Origin: the human T2T-CHM13v2.0 reference genome, Homo sapiens
Direction: 5' to 3' (one strand)
Length of the DNA: 64,000 nt
Assembly: GCF_009914755.1 (NCBI RefSeq)
Contig: NC_060929.1
How positions within the stretch are numbered: position 1 is the first letter of the stretch; each line of letters opens with the position of its first letter. Below the pieces are notes generated by a model, which searched no databases, had not been told where the DNA came from, and worked only from the letters and a program-made list of their open reading frames with translations. Below, piece after piece: positions 10,701 through 25,700 of the stretch. The position numbers and the translations under genes were made by a program.

Positions 10701-13700
10701 TATCTGATTGTGTATATTTGGAACTCTTTGAGTTATTCGTTGGAAACGGGTATCTTCACATAAAAAGTAGACCCAAGCATTCTCAGAAGGTCCTTTGTGA
10801 TGTGTGCGTTCAACTCACAGACTTGAAACTTTCTTTTGATAGAGCAGTGTTGAAACACAGTTTTTGTAGAATCCACAAGTATTCATTTGGAGCGCTTTGT
10901 TGCCTATGTGGGAAAAAGGAATATCTTCACTTAAAAACTAGACAGAAGCATTCTCTGAAACTCCTCTGTGAAGTGTGTGTTCAATTCACATCGTTGAACC
11001 TTTCTTTTGATGGAGCAGTGTTGAAACATACTTTTTGTAGAATCTGCAAGTGCCCATTTTGAGTTCTTTTGTGCGTATGTTGGAAAAAGTGATTTCTTCA
11101 CCTGAAAAATAGACAGAAGCATTCCAGAAACTGCTTTGTAACATGTGCATTCAACTCACAGTGTTGAACCTTCCTTTTGAGAGAGCGGTTTTGAAACAGT
11201 CTTTCTGTAGTATCTGCAAGTGGATATTTGCAGTGATTTGAGGCCGAAGAAGGAAAAGGAAATACCTTCAAATAAAAAACTAGACGGAAGCATTTTCGGA
11301 AACTGCCTTGTGATGTGTGCATTCAACTCACAGAGTTGAACCTTCCTTTTGAGAGAGAAGTTTTGAAACAGTCTTTTTGTAGTATTTGCAAGTGGATATT
11401 TGGAGTGATTTGTGGAGTATGGTGGAAAATGAAATATCTTCACATACAAACTAGACAGAAGCATTCTCAGAAACTGCTTTGTGATGTGTGCATTTAAGTC
11501 ACAGACTTGAAACTTCCTTTAGGTAGAGCAGTGTTGAAACACACTTTTTGTATAATCTACAAGTGTTCTTTGGAGTGCTTTGTTGCCTATGTTGGAAAAA
11601 GAAATATCTTCACATAGAAACTAGACAGAAGCATTCTCAGAAACTCCTTTGTGATGGGTGTGTTCAATTCACATTGTTGAACCTTTCTTTTGATACAGCA
11701 GTGTTGAAACAAACATTTTGTAGAATCTGCAAGTGTTCATTTCAAATGCTTTGTGGCCTATGTTGGAAAAAGTGATATCTTCACCTAAAAAATAGACAGA
11801 AGCATTCTCAGGAACTGCTTTGTAATATGTGCATTCAACTCACAGAGTTGAACCTTCCTTTTGAGAGAGCGGTTTTGAAACAGTCTTTTTGTAGTATCTG
11901 CAAGTGGATATTTGGAGCGATTTGAGGTCTAAGAAGGAAAAGGAAGTACCTTCAAATAAAAACTAGACAGAAGCTTTCTCAGAAACTGCTTTGTGATGTG
12001 TGCATTTAACTCAAAGTCTTGATCCTTACTTTTGTTAGAGCAGTGTTGAAACACACTTTTTGTAGAACCTGGTAGTGTTCATTTGGAGAGATTTGTTGCC
12101 TATGGTGGAAAAAGGATTATCTTCTCTTAAAAACTAGACAGAAGCATTCTTAGAAACTGCTTTGTGATGTGTGTGTTCAATTCACAGAGTTGAAACTTTC
12201 CTTTGACAGAGCAGGTTTGAAACACTGCTTCTGTAGAATCTGCTTGTGGATATTGGGAGCTCCTTGAGGAATACGTTGTAAAAGGCATATCTTCACATAC
12301 AAACTAGACAGAAGCATTCTCAGAAACTGCTTTGTGATGTGTGCATTCAACTCACAGAGTTGAACCTTCCATTTGAGAGAGCAGTGTTGAAACAGTCTTT
12401 TTGTAGTATCTTCAAGTGGATATTTGGAGCGATTTGAGGCCTATGATGGAAAAGGAAATATCTTCACATACAAAGTAGACAGAAGCATTCTCAGAAACTG
12501 CTTTGTGATGTGTGCATTCAACCCACAGAGTTGAACCTTCCTTTTGAGAGAGCAGTGTTGAAACGGTCTTTTGTAGTATCTGCAAGTGGATATTTGGAGC
12601 GATTTGAGGCCTATGATGGAAAAGGAAATATCTTCACATACAAACTAGACAGAAGCATTCTCAGAAACTGCTTTGTGATGTGTGCATTCAACCGACAGAT
12701 TTGAACTTTCCTTTTGAGAGGGAGGTTTTGAAACAGTCTTTTTGTAGTATCTGCAAGTGGATATTTGTAGTGACTTGGGGCCTCAGGTGGAAAAGGAAAT
12801 ACCTTCACATACAAAGTAGACAGAAGTATTCTCAGAAACTCCATTGTGATGTGTGCACTCAACTCACAGAGTTGAACCTTCCTTTTGAGAGAGCAGTTTT
12901 GAAACAGTCTTTTTGTAACGTCTGCAGGTGGATATTTGGAGCGATTCGTGTAGTATGATGGAAAAGGAAATATCTTCACATACAAACTAAACAGAAGCAT
13001 TCTCAGAAACTTCTTGTGATGTGTGCATTCACCTAACAGAGTGGAACCGTTCTTTTGATAGAGCAGTTTTGAATCAGTCTTTTGGTAGGACCTGCAAGTT
13101 TTCATTTGGAGCGCTTTGAAGCCCATGGTGGAAAAGGGACTATCTTCACAAAAAACTAGGCAGAAGCCTTCTCAGGAACTTCATTGAGATGTGTGCATTC
13201 AACTAACAGAGTTGAAACTGTCTTTTGACAGAGGAGGAATGAAACACTCCTTTTGTAGTATCTGATTGTGTATATTTGGAACTCTTTGAGTTATTCGTTG
13301 GAAACGGGTATCTTCACATAAAAAGTAGACCCAAGCATTCTCAGAAGGTCCTTTGTGATGTGTGCGTTCAACTCACAGACTTGAAACTTTCTTTTGATAG
13401 AGCAGTGTTGAAACACAGTTTTTGTAGAATCCACAAGTATTCATTTGGAGCGCTTTGTTGCCTATGTGGGAAAAAGGAATATCTTCACTTAAAAACTAGA
13501 CAGAAGCATTCTCTGAAACTCCTCTGTGAAGTGTGTGTTCAATTCACATCGTTGAACCTTTCTTTTGATGGAGCAGTGTTGAAACATACTTTTTGTAGAA
13601 TCTGCAAGTGTCCATTTCGAGTTCTTTTGTGCGTATGTTGGAAAAAGTGATATCTTCACCTGAAAAATAGACAGAAGCATTCCAGAAACTGCTTTGTAAC

Positions 13701-16700
13701 ATGTGCATTCAACTCACAGTGTTGAACCTTCCTTTTGAGAGAGCGGTTTTGAAACAGTCTTTTTGTAGTATCTGCAAGTGGATATTTGCAGTGATTTGAG
13801 GCCGAAGAAGGAAAAGGAAATACCTTCAAATAAAAAACTAGACGGAAGCATTTTCGGAAACTGCCTTGTGATGTGTGCATTCAACTCACAGAGTTGAACC
13901 TTCCTTTTGAGAGAGAAGTTTTGAAACAGTCTTTTTGTAGTATTTGCAAGTGGATATTTGGAGTGATTTGTGGAGTATGGTGGAAAATGAAATATCTTCA
14001 CATACAAACTAGACAGAAGCATTCTCAGAAACTGCTTTGTGATGTGTGCATTTAAGTCACAGACTTGAAACTTCCTTTAGGTAGAGCAGTGTTGAAACAC
14101 ACTTTTTGTATAATCTACAAGTGTTCTTTGGAGTGCTTTGTTGCCTATGTTGGAAAAAGAACTATCTTCACATAGAAACTAGACAGAAGCATTCTGAGAA
14201 ACTCCTTTGTGATGGGTGTGTTCAATTCACATTGTTGAACCTTTCTTTTGATACAGCAGTGTTGAAACAAACATTTTGTAGAATCTGCAAGTGTTCATTT
14301 CAAATGCTTTGTGGCCTATGTTGGAAAAAGTGATATCTTCACCTAAAAAATAGACAGAAGCATTCTCAGGAACTGCTTTGTAATATGTGCATTCAACTCA
14401 CAGAGTTGAACCTTCCTTTTGAGAGAGCGGTTTTGAAACAGTCTTTTTGTAGTATCTGCAAGTGGATATTTGGAGCGATTTGAGGTCTAAGAAGGAAAAG
14501 GAAGTACCTTCAAATTAAAACTAGACAGAAGCTTTCTCAGAAACTGCTTTGTGATGTGTGCATTTAACTCAAAGTCTTGATCCTTACTTTTGTTAGAGCA
14601 GTGTTGAAACACACTTTTTGTAGAACCTGGTAGTGTTCATTTGGAGAGATTTGTTGCCTATGGTGGAAAAAGGATTATCTTCTCTTAAAAACTAGACAGA
14701 AGCATTCTTAGAAACTGCTTTGTGATGTGTGTGTTCAATTCACAGAGTTGAAACTTTCCTTTGACAGAGCAGGTTTGAAACACTGCTTCTGTAGAATCTG
14801 CTTGTGGATATTGGGAGCTCCTTGAGGAATACGTTGTAAAAGGCATATCTTCACATACAAACTAGACAGAAGCATTCTCAGAAACTGCTTTGTGATGTGT
14901 GCATTCAACTCACAGAGTTGAACCTTCCATTTGAGAGAGCAGTGTTGAAACAGTCTTTTTGTAGTATCTTCAAGTGGATATTTGGAGCGATTTGAGGCCT
15001 ATGATGGAAAAGGAAATATCTTCACATACAAACTAGACAGAAGCATTCTCAGAAACTGCTTTGTGATGTGTGCATTCAACCCACAGAGTTGAACCTTCCT
15101 TTTGAGAGAGCAGTGTTGAAACGGTCTTTTGTAGTATCTGCAAGTGGATATTTGGAGCGATTTGAGGCCTATGATGGAAAAGGAAATATCTTCACATACA
15201 AACTAGACAGAAGCATTCTCAGAAACTGCTTTGTGATGTGTGCATTCAACCGACAGATTTGAACTGTCCTTTTGAGAGGGAGGTTTTGAAACAGTCTTTT
15301 TGTAGTATCTGCAAGTGGATATTTGTAGTGACTTGGGGCCTCAGGTGGAAAAGGAAATACCTTCACATACAAAGTAGACAGAAGTATTCTCAGAAACTCC
15401 ATTGTGATGTGTGCACTCAACTCACAGAGTTGAACCTTCCTTTTGAGAGAGCAGTTTTGAAACAGTCTTTTTGTAACGTCTGCAGGTGGATATTTGGAGC
15501 GATTCGTGTAGTATGATGGAAAAGGAAATATCTTCACATACAAACTAAACAGAAGCATTCTCAGAAACTTCTTGTGATGTGTGCATTCACCTAACAGAGT
15601 GGAACCGTTCTTTTGATAGAGCAGTTTTGAATCAGTCTTTTGGTAGGACCTGCAAGTTTTCATTTGGAGCGCTTTGAAGCCCATGGTGGAAAAGGGACTA
15701 TCTTCACAAAAAACTAGGCAGTAGCCTTCTCAGGAACTTCATTGAGATGTGTGCATTCAACTAACAGAGTTGAAACTGTCTTTTGACAGAGGAGGAATGA
15801 AACACTCCTTTTGTAGTATCTGATTGTGTATATTTGGAACTCTTTGAGTTATTCGTTGGAAACGGGTATCTTCACATAAAAAGTAGACCCAAGCATTCTC
15901 AGAAGGTCCTTTGTGATGTGTGCGTTCAACTCACAGACTTGAAACTTTCTTTTGATAGAGCAGTGTTGAAACACACTTTTTGTAGAATCCACAAGTATTC
16001 ATTTGGAGCGCTTTGTTGCCTATGTGGGAAAAAGGAATATCTTCACTTAAAAACTAGACAGAAGCATTCTCTGAAACTCCTCTGTGAAGTGTGTGTTCAA
16101 TTCACATCGTTGAACCTTTCTTTTGATGGAGCAGTGTTGAAACATACTTTTTGTAGAATCTGCAAGTGTCCATTTCGAGTTCTTTTGTGCGTATGTTGGA
16201 AAAAGTGATATCTTCACCTGAAAAATAGACAGAAGCATTCCAGAAACTGCTTTGTAACATGTGCATTCAACTCACAGTGTTGAACCTTCCTTTTGAGAGA
16301 GCGGTTTTGAAACAGTCTTTTTGTAGTATCTGCAAGTGGATATTTGCAGTGATTTGAGGCCGAAGAAGGAAAAGGAAATACCTTCAAATAAAAAACTAGA
16401 CGGAAGCATTTTCAGAAACTGCCTTGTGATGTGTGCATTCAACTCACAGAGTTGAACCTTCCTTTTGAGAGAGAAGTTTTGAAACAGTCTTTTTGTAGTA
16501 TTTGCAAGTGGATATTTGGAGTGATTTGTGGAGTATGGTGGAAAATGAAATATCTTCACATACAAACTAGACAGAAGCATTCTCAGAAACTGCTTTGTGA
16601 TGTGTGCTTTTAAGTCACAGACTTGAAACTTCCTTTAGGTAGAGCAGTGTTGAAACACACTTTTTGTATAATCTACAAGTGTTCTTTGGAGTGCTTTGTT

Positions 16701-19700
16701 GCCTATGTTGGAAAAAGAAATATCTTCACATAGAAACTAGACAGAAGCATTCTCAGAAACTCCTTTGTGATGGGTGTGTTCAATTCACATTGTTGAACCT
16801 TTCTTTTGATACAGCAGTGTTGAAACAAACATTTTGTAGAATCTGCAAGTGTTCATTTCAAATGCTTTGTGGCCTATGTTGGAAAAAGTGATATCTTCAC
16901 CTAAAAAATAGACAGAAGCATTCTCAGGAACTGCTTTGTAATATGTGCATTCAACTCACAGAGTTGAACCTTCCTTTTGAGAGAGCGGTTTTGAAACAGT
17001 CTTTTTGTAGTATCTGCAAGTGGATATTTGGAGAGATTTGAGGTCTAAGAAGGAAAAGGAAGTACCTTCAAATAAAAACTAGACAGAAGCTTTCTCAGAA
17101 ACTGCTTTGTGATGTGTGCATTTAACTCAAAGTCTTGATCCTTACTTTTGTTAGAGCAGTGTTGAAACACACTTTTTGTAGAACCTGGTAGTGTTCATTT
17201 GGAGAGATTTGTTGCCTATGGTGGAAAAAGGATTATCTTCTCTTAAAAACTAGACAGAAGCATTCTTAGAAACTGCTTTGTGATGTGTGTGTTCAATTCA
17301 CAGAGTTGAAACTTTCCTTTGACAGAGCAGGTTTGAAACACTGCTTCTGTAGAATCTGCTTGTGGATATTGGGAGCTCCTTGAGGAATACGTTGTAAAAG
17401 GCATATCTTCACATACAAACTAGACAGAAGCATTCTCAGAAACTGCTTTGTGATGTGTGCATTCAACTCACAGAGTTGAACCTTCCATTTGAGAGAGCAG
17501 TGTTGAAACAGTCTTTTTGTAGTATCTTCAAGTGGATATTTGGAGCGATTTGAGGCCTATGATGGAAAAGGAAATATCTTCACATACAAACTAGACAGAA
17601 GCATTCTCAGAAACTGCTTTGTGATGTGTGCATTCAACCCACAGAGTTGAACCTTCCTTTTGAGAGAGCAGTGTTGAAACGGTCTTTTGTAGTATCTGCA
17701 AGTGGATATTTGGAGCGATTTGAGGCCTATGATGGAAAAGGAAATATCTTCACATACAAACTAGACAGAAGCATTCTCAGAAACTGCTTTGTGATGTGTG
17801 CATTCAACCGACAGATTTGAACTGTCCTTTTGAGAGGGAGGTTTTGAAACAGTCTTTTTGTAGTATCTGCAAGTGGATATTTGTAGTGACTTGGGGCCTC
17901 AGGTGGAAAAGGAAATACCTTCACATACAAAGTAGACAGAAGTATTCTCAGAAACTCCATTGTGATGTGTGCACTCAACTCACAGAGTTGAACCTTCCTT
18001 TTGAGAGAGCAGTTTTGAAACAGTCTTTTTGTAACGTCTGCAGGTGGATATTTGGAGCGATTCGTGTAGTATGATGGAAAAGGAAATATCTTCACATACA
18101 AACTAAACAGAAGCATTCTCAGAAACTTCTTGTGATGTGTGCATTCACCTAACAGAGTGGAACCGTTCTTTTGATAGAGCAGTTTTGAATCTGTCTTTTG
18201 GTAGGACCTGCAAGTTTTCATTTGGAGCGCTTTGAAGCCCATGGTGGAAAAGGGACTATCTTCACAAAAAACTAGGCAGAAGCCTTCTCAGGGACTTCAT
18301 TGAGATGTGTGCATTCAACTAACAGAGTTGAAACTGTCTTTTGACAGAGGAGGAATGAAACACTCCTTTTGTAGTATCTGATTGTGTATATTTGGAACTC
18401 TTTGAGTTATTCGTTGGAAACGGGTATCTTCACATAAAAAGTAGACCCAAGCATTCTCAGAAGGTCCTTTGTGATGTGTGCGTTCAACTCACAGACTTGA
18501 AACTTTCTTTTGATAGAGCAGTGTTGAAACACAGTTTTTGTAGAATCCACAAGTATTCATTTGGAGCGCTTTGTTGCCTATGTGGGAAAAAGGAATATCT
18601 TCACTTAAAAACTAGACAGAAGCATTCTCTGAAACTCCTCTGTGAAGTGTGTGTTCAATTCACATCGTTGAACCTTTCTTTTGATGGAGCAGTGTTGAAA
18701 CATACTTTTTGTAGAATCTGCAAGTGTCCATTTCGAGTTCTTTTGTGCGTATGTTGGAAAAAGTGATATCTTCACCTGAAAAATAGACAGAAGCATTCCA
18801 GAAACTGCTTTGTAACATGTGCATTCAACTCACAGTGTTGAACCTTCCTTTTGAGAGAGCGGTTTTGCAACAGTCTTTTTGTAGTATCTGCAAGTGGATA
18901 TTTGCAGTGATTTGAGGCCGAAGAAGGAAAAGGAAATACCTTCAAATAAAAAACTAGACGGAAGCATTTTCGGAAACTGCCTTGTGATGTGTGCATTCAA
19001 CTCACAGAGTTGAACCTTCCTTTTGAGAGAGAAGTTTTGAAACAGTCTTTTTGTAGTATTTGCAAGTGGATATTTGGAGTGATTTGTGGAGTATGGTGGA
19101 AAATGAAATATCTTCACATACAAACTAGACAGAAGCATTCTCAGAAACTGCTTTGTGATGTGTGCATTTAAGTCACAGACTTGAAACTTCCTTTAGGTAG
19201 AGCAGTGTTGAAACACACTTTTTGTATAATCTACAAGTGTTCTTTGGAGTGCTTTGTTGCCTATGTTGGAAAAAGAAATATCTTCACATAGAAACTAGAC
19301 AGAAGCATTCTCAGAAACTCCTTTGTGATGGGTGTGTTCAATTCACATTGTTGAACCTTTCTTTTGATACAGCAGTGTTGAAACAAACATTTTGTAGAAT
19401 CTGCAAGTGTTCATTTCAAATGCTTTGTGGCCTATGTTGGAAAAAGTGATATCTTCACCTAAAAAATAGACAGAAGCATTCTCAGGAACTGCTTTGTAAT
19501 ATGTGCATTCAACTCACAGAGTTGAACCTTCCTTTTGAGAGAGCGGTTTTGAAACAGTCTTTTTGTAGTATCTGCAAGTGGATATTTGGAGCGATTTGAG
19601 GTCTAAGAAGGAAAAGGAAGTACCTTCAAATAAAAACTAGACAGAAGCTTTCTCAGAAACTGCTTTGTGATGTGTGCATTTAACTCAAAGTCTTGATCCT

Positions 19701-22700
19701 TACTTTTGTTAGAGCAGTGTTGAAACACACTTTTTGTAGAACCTGGTAGTGTTCATTTGGAGAGATTTGTTGCCTATGGTGGAAAAAGGATTATCTTCTC
19801 TTAAAAACTAGACAGAAGCATTCTTAGAAACTGCTTTGTGATGTGTGTGTTCAATTCACAGAGTTGAAACTTTCCTTTGACAGAGCAGGTTTGAAACACT
19901 GCTTCTGTAGAATCTGCTTGTGGATATTGGGAGCTCCTTGAGGAATACGTTGTAAAAGGCATATCTTCACATACAAACTAGACAGAAGCATTCTCAGAAA
20001 CTGCTTTGTGATGTGTGCATTCAACTCACAGAGTTGAACCTTCCATTTGAGAGAGCAGTGTTGAAACAGTCTTTTTGTAGTATCTTCAAGTGGATATTTG
20101 GAGCGATTTGAGGCCTATGATGGAAAAGGAAATATCTTCACATACAAACTAGACAGAAGCATTCTCAGAAACTGCTTTGTGATGTGTGCATTCAACCCAC
20201 AGAGTTGAACCTTCCTTTTGAGAGAGCAGTGTTGAAACGGTCTTTTGTAGTATCTGCAAGTGGATATTTGGAGCGATTTGAGGCCTATGATGGAAAAGGA
20301 AATATCTTCACATACAAACTAGACAGAAGCATTCTCAGAAACTGCTTTGTGATGTGTGCATTCAACCGACAGATTTGAACTTTCCTTTTGAGAGGGAGGT
20401 TTTGAAACAGTCTTTTTGTAGTATCTGCAAGTGGATATTTGTAGTGACTTGGGGCCTCAGGTGGAAAAGGAAATACCTTCACATACAAAGTAGACAGAAG
20501 TATTCTCAGAAACTCCATTGTGATGTGTGCACTCAACTCACAGAGTTGAACCTTCCTTTTGAGAGAGCAGTTTTGAAACAGTCTTTTTGTAACGTCTGCA
20601 GGTGGATATTTGGAGCCATTCGTGTAGTATGATGGAAAAGGAAATATCTTCACATACAAACTAAACAGAAGCATTCTCAGAAACTTCTTGTGATGTGTGC
20701 ATTCACCTAACAGAGTGGAACCGTTCTTTTGATAGAGCAGTTTTGAATCAGTCTTTTGGTAGGACCTGCAAGTTTTCATTTGGAGCGCTTTGAAGCCCAT
20801 GGTGGAAAAGGGACTATCTTCACAAAAAACTAGGCAGAAGCCTTCTCAGGAACTTCATTGAGATGTGTGCATTCAACTAACAGAGTTGAAACTGTCTTTT
20901 GACAGAGGAGGAATGAAACACTCCTTTTGTAGTATCTGATTGTGTATATTTGGAACTCTTTGAGTTATTCGTTGGAAACGGGTATCTTCACATAAAAAGT
21001 AGACCCAAGCATTCTCAGAAGGTCCTTTGTGATGTGTGCGTTCAACTCACAGACTTGAAACTTTCTTTTGATAGAGCAGTGTTGAAACACACTTTTTGTA
21101 GAATCCACAAGTATTCATTTGGAGCGCTTTGTTGCCTATGTGGGAAAAAGGAATATCTTCACTTAAAAACTAGACAGAAGCATTCTCTGAAACTCCTCTG
21201 TGAAGTGTGTGTTCAATTCACATCGTTGAACCTTTCTTTTGATGGAGCAGTGTTGAAACATACTTTTTGTAGAATCTGCAAGTGTCCATTTCGAGTTCTT
21301 TTGTGCGTATGTTGGAAAAAGTGATTTCTTCACCTGAAAAATAGACAGAAGCATTCCAGAAACTGCTTTGTAACATGTGCATTCAACTCACAGTGTTGAA
21401 CCTTCCTTTTGAGAGAGCGGTTTTGAAACAGTCTTTTTGTAGTATCTGCAAGTGGATATTTGCAGTGATTTGAGGCCGAAGAAGGAAAAGGAAATACCTT
21501 CAAATAAAAAACTAGACGGAAGCATTTTCAGAAACTGCCTTGTGATGTGTGCATTCAACTCACAGAGTTGAACCTTCCTTTTGAGAGAGAAGTTTTGAAA
21601 CAGTCTTTTTGTAGTATTTGCAAGTGGATATTTGGAGCGATTTGTGGAGTATGGTGGAAAATGAAATATCTTCACATACAAACTAGACAGAAGCATTCTC
21701 AGAAACTGCTTTGTGATGTGTGCATTTAAGTCACAGACTTGAAACTTCCTTTAGGTAGAGCAGTGTTGAAACACACTTTTTGTATAATCTACAAGTGTTC
21801 TTTGGAGTGCTTTGTTGCCTATGTTGGAAAAAGAACTATCTTCACATAAAAACTAGACAGAAGCATTCTGAGAAACTCCTTTGTGATGGGTTTGTTCAAT
21901 TCACATTGTTGAACCTTTCTTTTGATACAGCAGTGTTGAAACAAACATTTTGTAGAATCTGCAAGTGTTCATTTCAAATGCTTTGTGGCCTATGTTGGAA
22001 AAAGTGATATCTTCACCTAAAAAATAGACAGAAGCATTCTCAGGAACTGCTTTGTAATATGTGCATTCAACTCACAGAGTTGAACCTTCCTTTTGAGAGA
22101 GCGGTTTTGAAACAGTCTTTTTGTAGTATCTGCAAGTGGATATTTGGAGCGATTTGAGGTCTAAGAAGGAAAAGGAAGTACCTTCAAATAAAAACTAGAC
22201 AGAAGCTTTCTCAGAAACTGCTTTGTGATGTGTGCATTTAACTCAAAGTCTTGATCCTTACTTTTGTTAGAGCAGTGTTGAAACACACTTTTTGTAGAAC
22301 CTGGTAGTGTTCATTTGGAGAGATTTGTTGCCTATGGTGGAAAAAGGATTATCTTCTCTTAAAAACTAGACAGAAGCATTCTTAGAAACTGCTTTGTGAT
22401 GTGTGTGTTCAATTCACAGAGTTGAAACTTTCCTTTGACAGAGCAGGTTTGAAACACTGCTTCTGTAGAATCTGCTTGTGGATATTGGGAGCTCCTTGAG
22501 GAATACGTTGTAAAAGGCATATCTTCACATACAAACTAGACAGAAGCATTCTCAGAAACTGCTTTGTGATGTGTGCATTCAACTCACAGAGTTGAACCTT
22601 CCATTTGAGAGAGCAGTGTTGAAACAGTCTTTTTGTAGTATCTTCAAGTGGATATTTGGAGCGATTTGAGGCCTATGATGGAAAAGGAAATATCTTCACA

Positions 22701-25700
22701 TACAAACTAGACAGAAGCATTCTCAGAAGCTGCTTTGTGATGTGTGCATTCAACCCACAGAGTTGAACCTTCCTTTTGAGAGAGCAGTGTTGAAACGGTC
22801 TTTTGTAGTATCTGCAAGTGGATATTTGGAGCGATTTGAGGCCTATGATGGAAAAGGAAATATCTTCACATACAAACTAGACAGAAGCATTCTCAGAAAC
22901 TGCTTTGTGATGTGTGCATTCAACCGACAGATTTGAACTGTCCTTTTGAGAGGGAGGTTTTGAAACAGTCTTTTTGTAGTATCTGCAAGTGGATATTTGT
23001 AGTGACTTGGGGCCTCAGGTGGAAAAGGAAATACCTTCACATACAAAGTAGACAGAAGTATTCTCAGAAACTCCATTGTGATGTGTGCACTCAACTCACA
23101 GAGTTGAACCTTCCTTTTGAGAGAGCAGTTTTGAAACAGTCTTTTTGTAACGTCTGCAGGTGGATATTTGGAGCGATTCGTGTAGTATGATGGAAAAGGA
23201 AATATCTTCACATACAAACTAAACAGAAGCATTCTCAGAAACTTCTTGTGATGTGTGCATTCACCTAACAGAGTGGAACCGTTCTTTTGATAGAGCAGTT
23301 TTGAATCAGTCTTTTGGTAGGACCTGCAAGTTTTCATTTGGAGCGCTTTGAAGCCCATGGTGGAAAAGGGACTATCTTCACAAAAAACTAGGCAGAAGCC
23401 TTCTCAGGAACTTCATTGAGATGTGTGCATTCAACTAACAGAGTTGAAACTGTCTTTTGACAGAGGAGGAATGAAACACTCCTTTTGTAGTATCTGATTG
23501 TGTATATTTGGAACTCTTTGAGTTATTCGTTGGAAACGGGTATCTTCACATAAAAAGTAGACCCAAGCATTCTCAGAAGGTCCTTTGTGATGTGTGCGTT
23601 CAACTCACAGACTTGAAACTTTCTTTTGATAGAGCAGTGTTGAAACACAGTTTTTGTAGAATCCACAAGTATTCATTTGGAGCGCTTTGTTGCCTATGTG
23701 GGAAAAAGTAATATCTTCACTTAAAAACTAGACAGAAGCATTCTCTGAAACTCCTCTGTGAAGTGTGTGTTCAATTCACATCGTTGAACCTTTCTTTTGA
23801 TGGAGCAGTGTTGAAACATACTTTTTGTAGAATCTGCAAGTGTCCATTTCGAGTTCTTTTGTGCGTATGTTGGAAAAAGTGATATCTTCACCTGAAAAAT
23901 AGACAGAAGCATTCCAGAAACTGCTTTGTAACATGTGCATTCAACTCACAGTGTTGAACCTTCCTTTTGAGAGAGCGGTTTTGAAACAGTCTTTTTGTAG
24001 TATCTGCAAGTGGATATTTGCAGTGATTTGAGGCCGAAGAAGGAAAAGGAAATACCTTCAAATAAAAAACTAGACGGAAGCATTTTCGGAAACTGCCTTG
24101 TGATGTGTGCATTCAACTCACAGAGTTGAACCTTCCTTTTGAGAGAGAAGTTTTGAAACAGTCTTTTTGTAGTATTTGCAAGTGGATATTTGGAGTGATT
24201 TGTGGAGTATGGTGGAAAATGAAATATCTTCACATACAAACTAGACAGAAGCATTCTCAGAAACTGCTTTGTGATGTGTGCTTTTAAGTCACAGACTTGA
24301 AACTTCCTTTAGGTAGAGCAGTGTTGAAACACACTTTTTGTATAATCTACAAGTGTTCTTTGGAGTGCTTTGTTGCCTATGTTGGAAAAAGAAATATCTT
24401 CACATAGAAACTAGACAGAAGCATTCTCAGAAACTCCTTTGTGATGGGTGTGTTCAATTCACATTGTTGAACCTTTCTTTTGATACAGCAGTGTTGAAAC
24501 AAACATTTTGTAGAATCTGCAAGTGTTCATTTCAAATGCTTTGTGGCCTATGTTGGAAAAAGTGATATCTTCACCTAAAAAATAGACAGAAGCATTCTCA
24601 GGAACTGCTTTGTAATATGTGCATTCAACTCACAGAGTTGAACCTTCCTTTTGAGAGAGCGGTTTTGAAACAGTCTTTTTGTAGTATCTGCAAGTGGATA
24701 TTTGGAGCGATTTGAGGTCTAAGAAGGAAAAGGAAGTACCTTCAAATAAAAACTAGACAGAAGCTTTCTCAGAAACTGCTTTGTGATGTGTGCATTTAAC
24801 TCAAAGTCTTGATCCTTACTTTTGTTAGAGCAGTGTTGAAACACACTTTTTGTAGAACCTGGTAGTGTTCATTTGGAGAGATTTGTTGCCTATGGTGGAA
24901 AAAGGATTATCTTCTCTTAAAAACTAGACAGAAGCATTCTTAGAAACTGCTTTGTGATGTGTGTGTTCAATTCACAGAGTTGAAACTTTCCTTTGACAGA
25001 GCAGGTTTGAAACACTGCTTCTGTAGAATCTGCTTGTGGATATTGGGAGCTCCTTGAGGAATACGTTGTAAAAGGCATATCTTCACATACAAACTAGACA
25101 GAAGCATTCTCAGAAACTGCTTTGTGATGTGTGCATTCAACTCACAGAGTTGAACCTTCCATTTGAGAGAGCAGTGTTGAAACAGTCTTTTTGTAGTATC
25201 TTCAAGTGGATATTTGGAGCGATTTGAGGCCTATGATGGAAAAGGAAATATCTTCACATACAAACTAGACAGAAGCATTCTCAGAAACTGCTTTGTGATG
25301 TGTGCATTCAACCCACAGAGTTGAACCTTCCTTTTGAGAGAGCAGTGTTGAAACGGTCTTTTGTAGTATCTGCAAGTGGATATTTGGAGCGATTTGAGGC
25401 CTATGATGGAAAAGGAAATATCTTCACATACAAACTAGACAGAAGCATTCTCAGAAACTGCTTTGTGATGTGTGCATTCAACCGACAGATTTGAACTGTC
25501 CTTTTGAGAGGGAGGTTTTGAAACAGTCTTTTTGTAGTATCTGCAAGTGGATATTTGTAGTGACTTGGGGCCTCAGGTGGAAAAGGAAATACCTTCACAT
25601 ACAAAGTAGACAGAAGTATTCTCAGAAACTCCATTGTGATGTGTGCACTCAACTCACAGAGTTGAACCTTCCTTTTGAGAGAGCAGTTTTGAAACAGTCT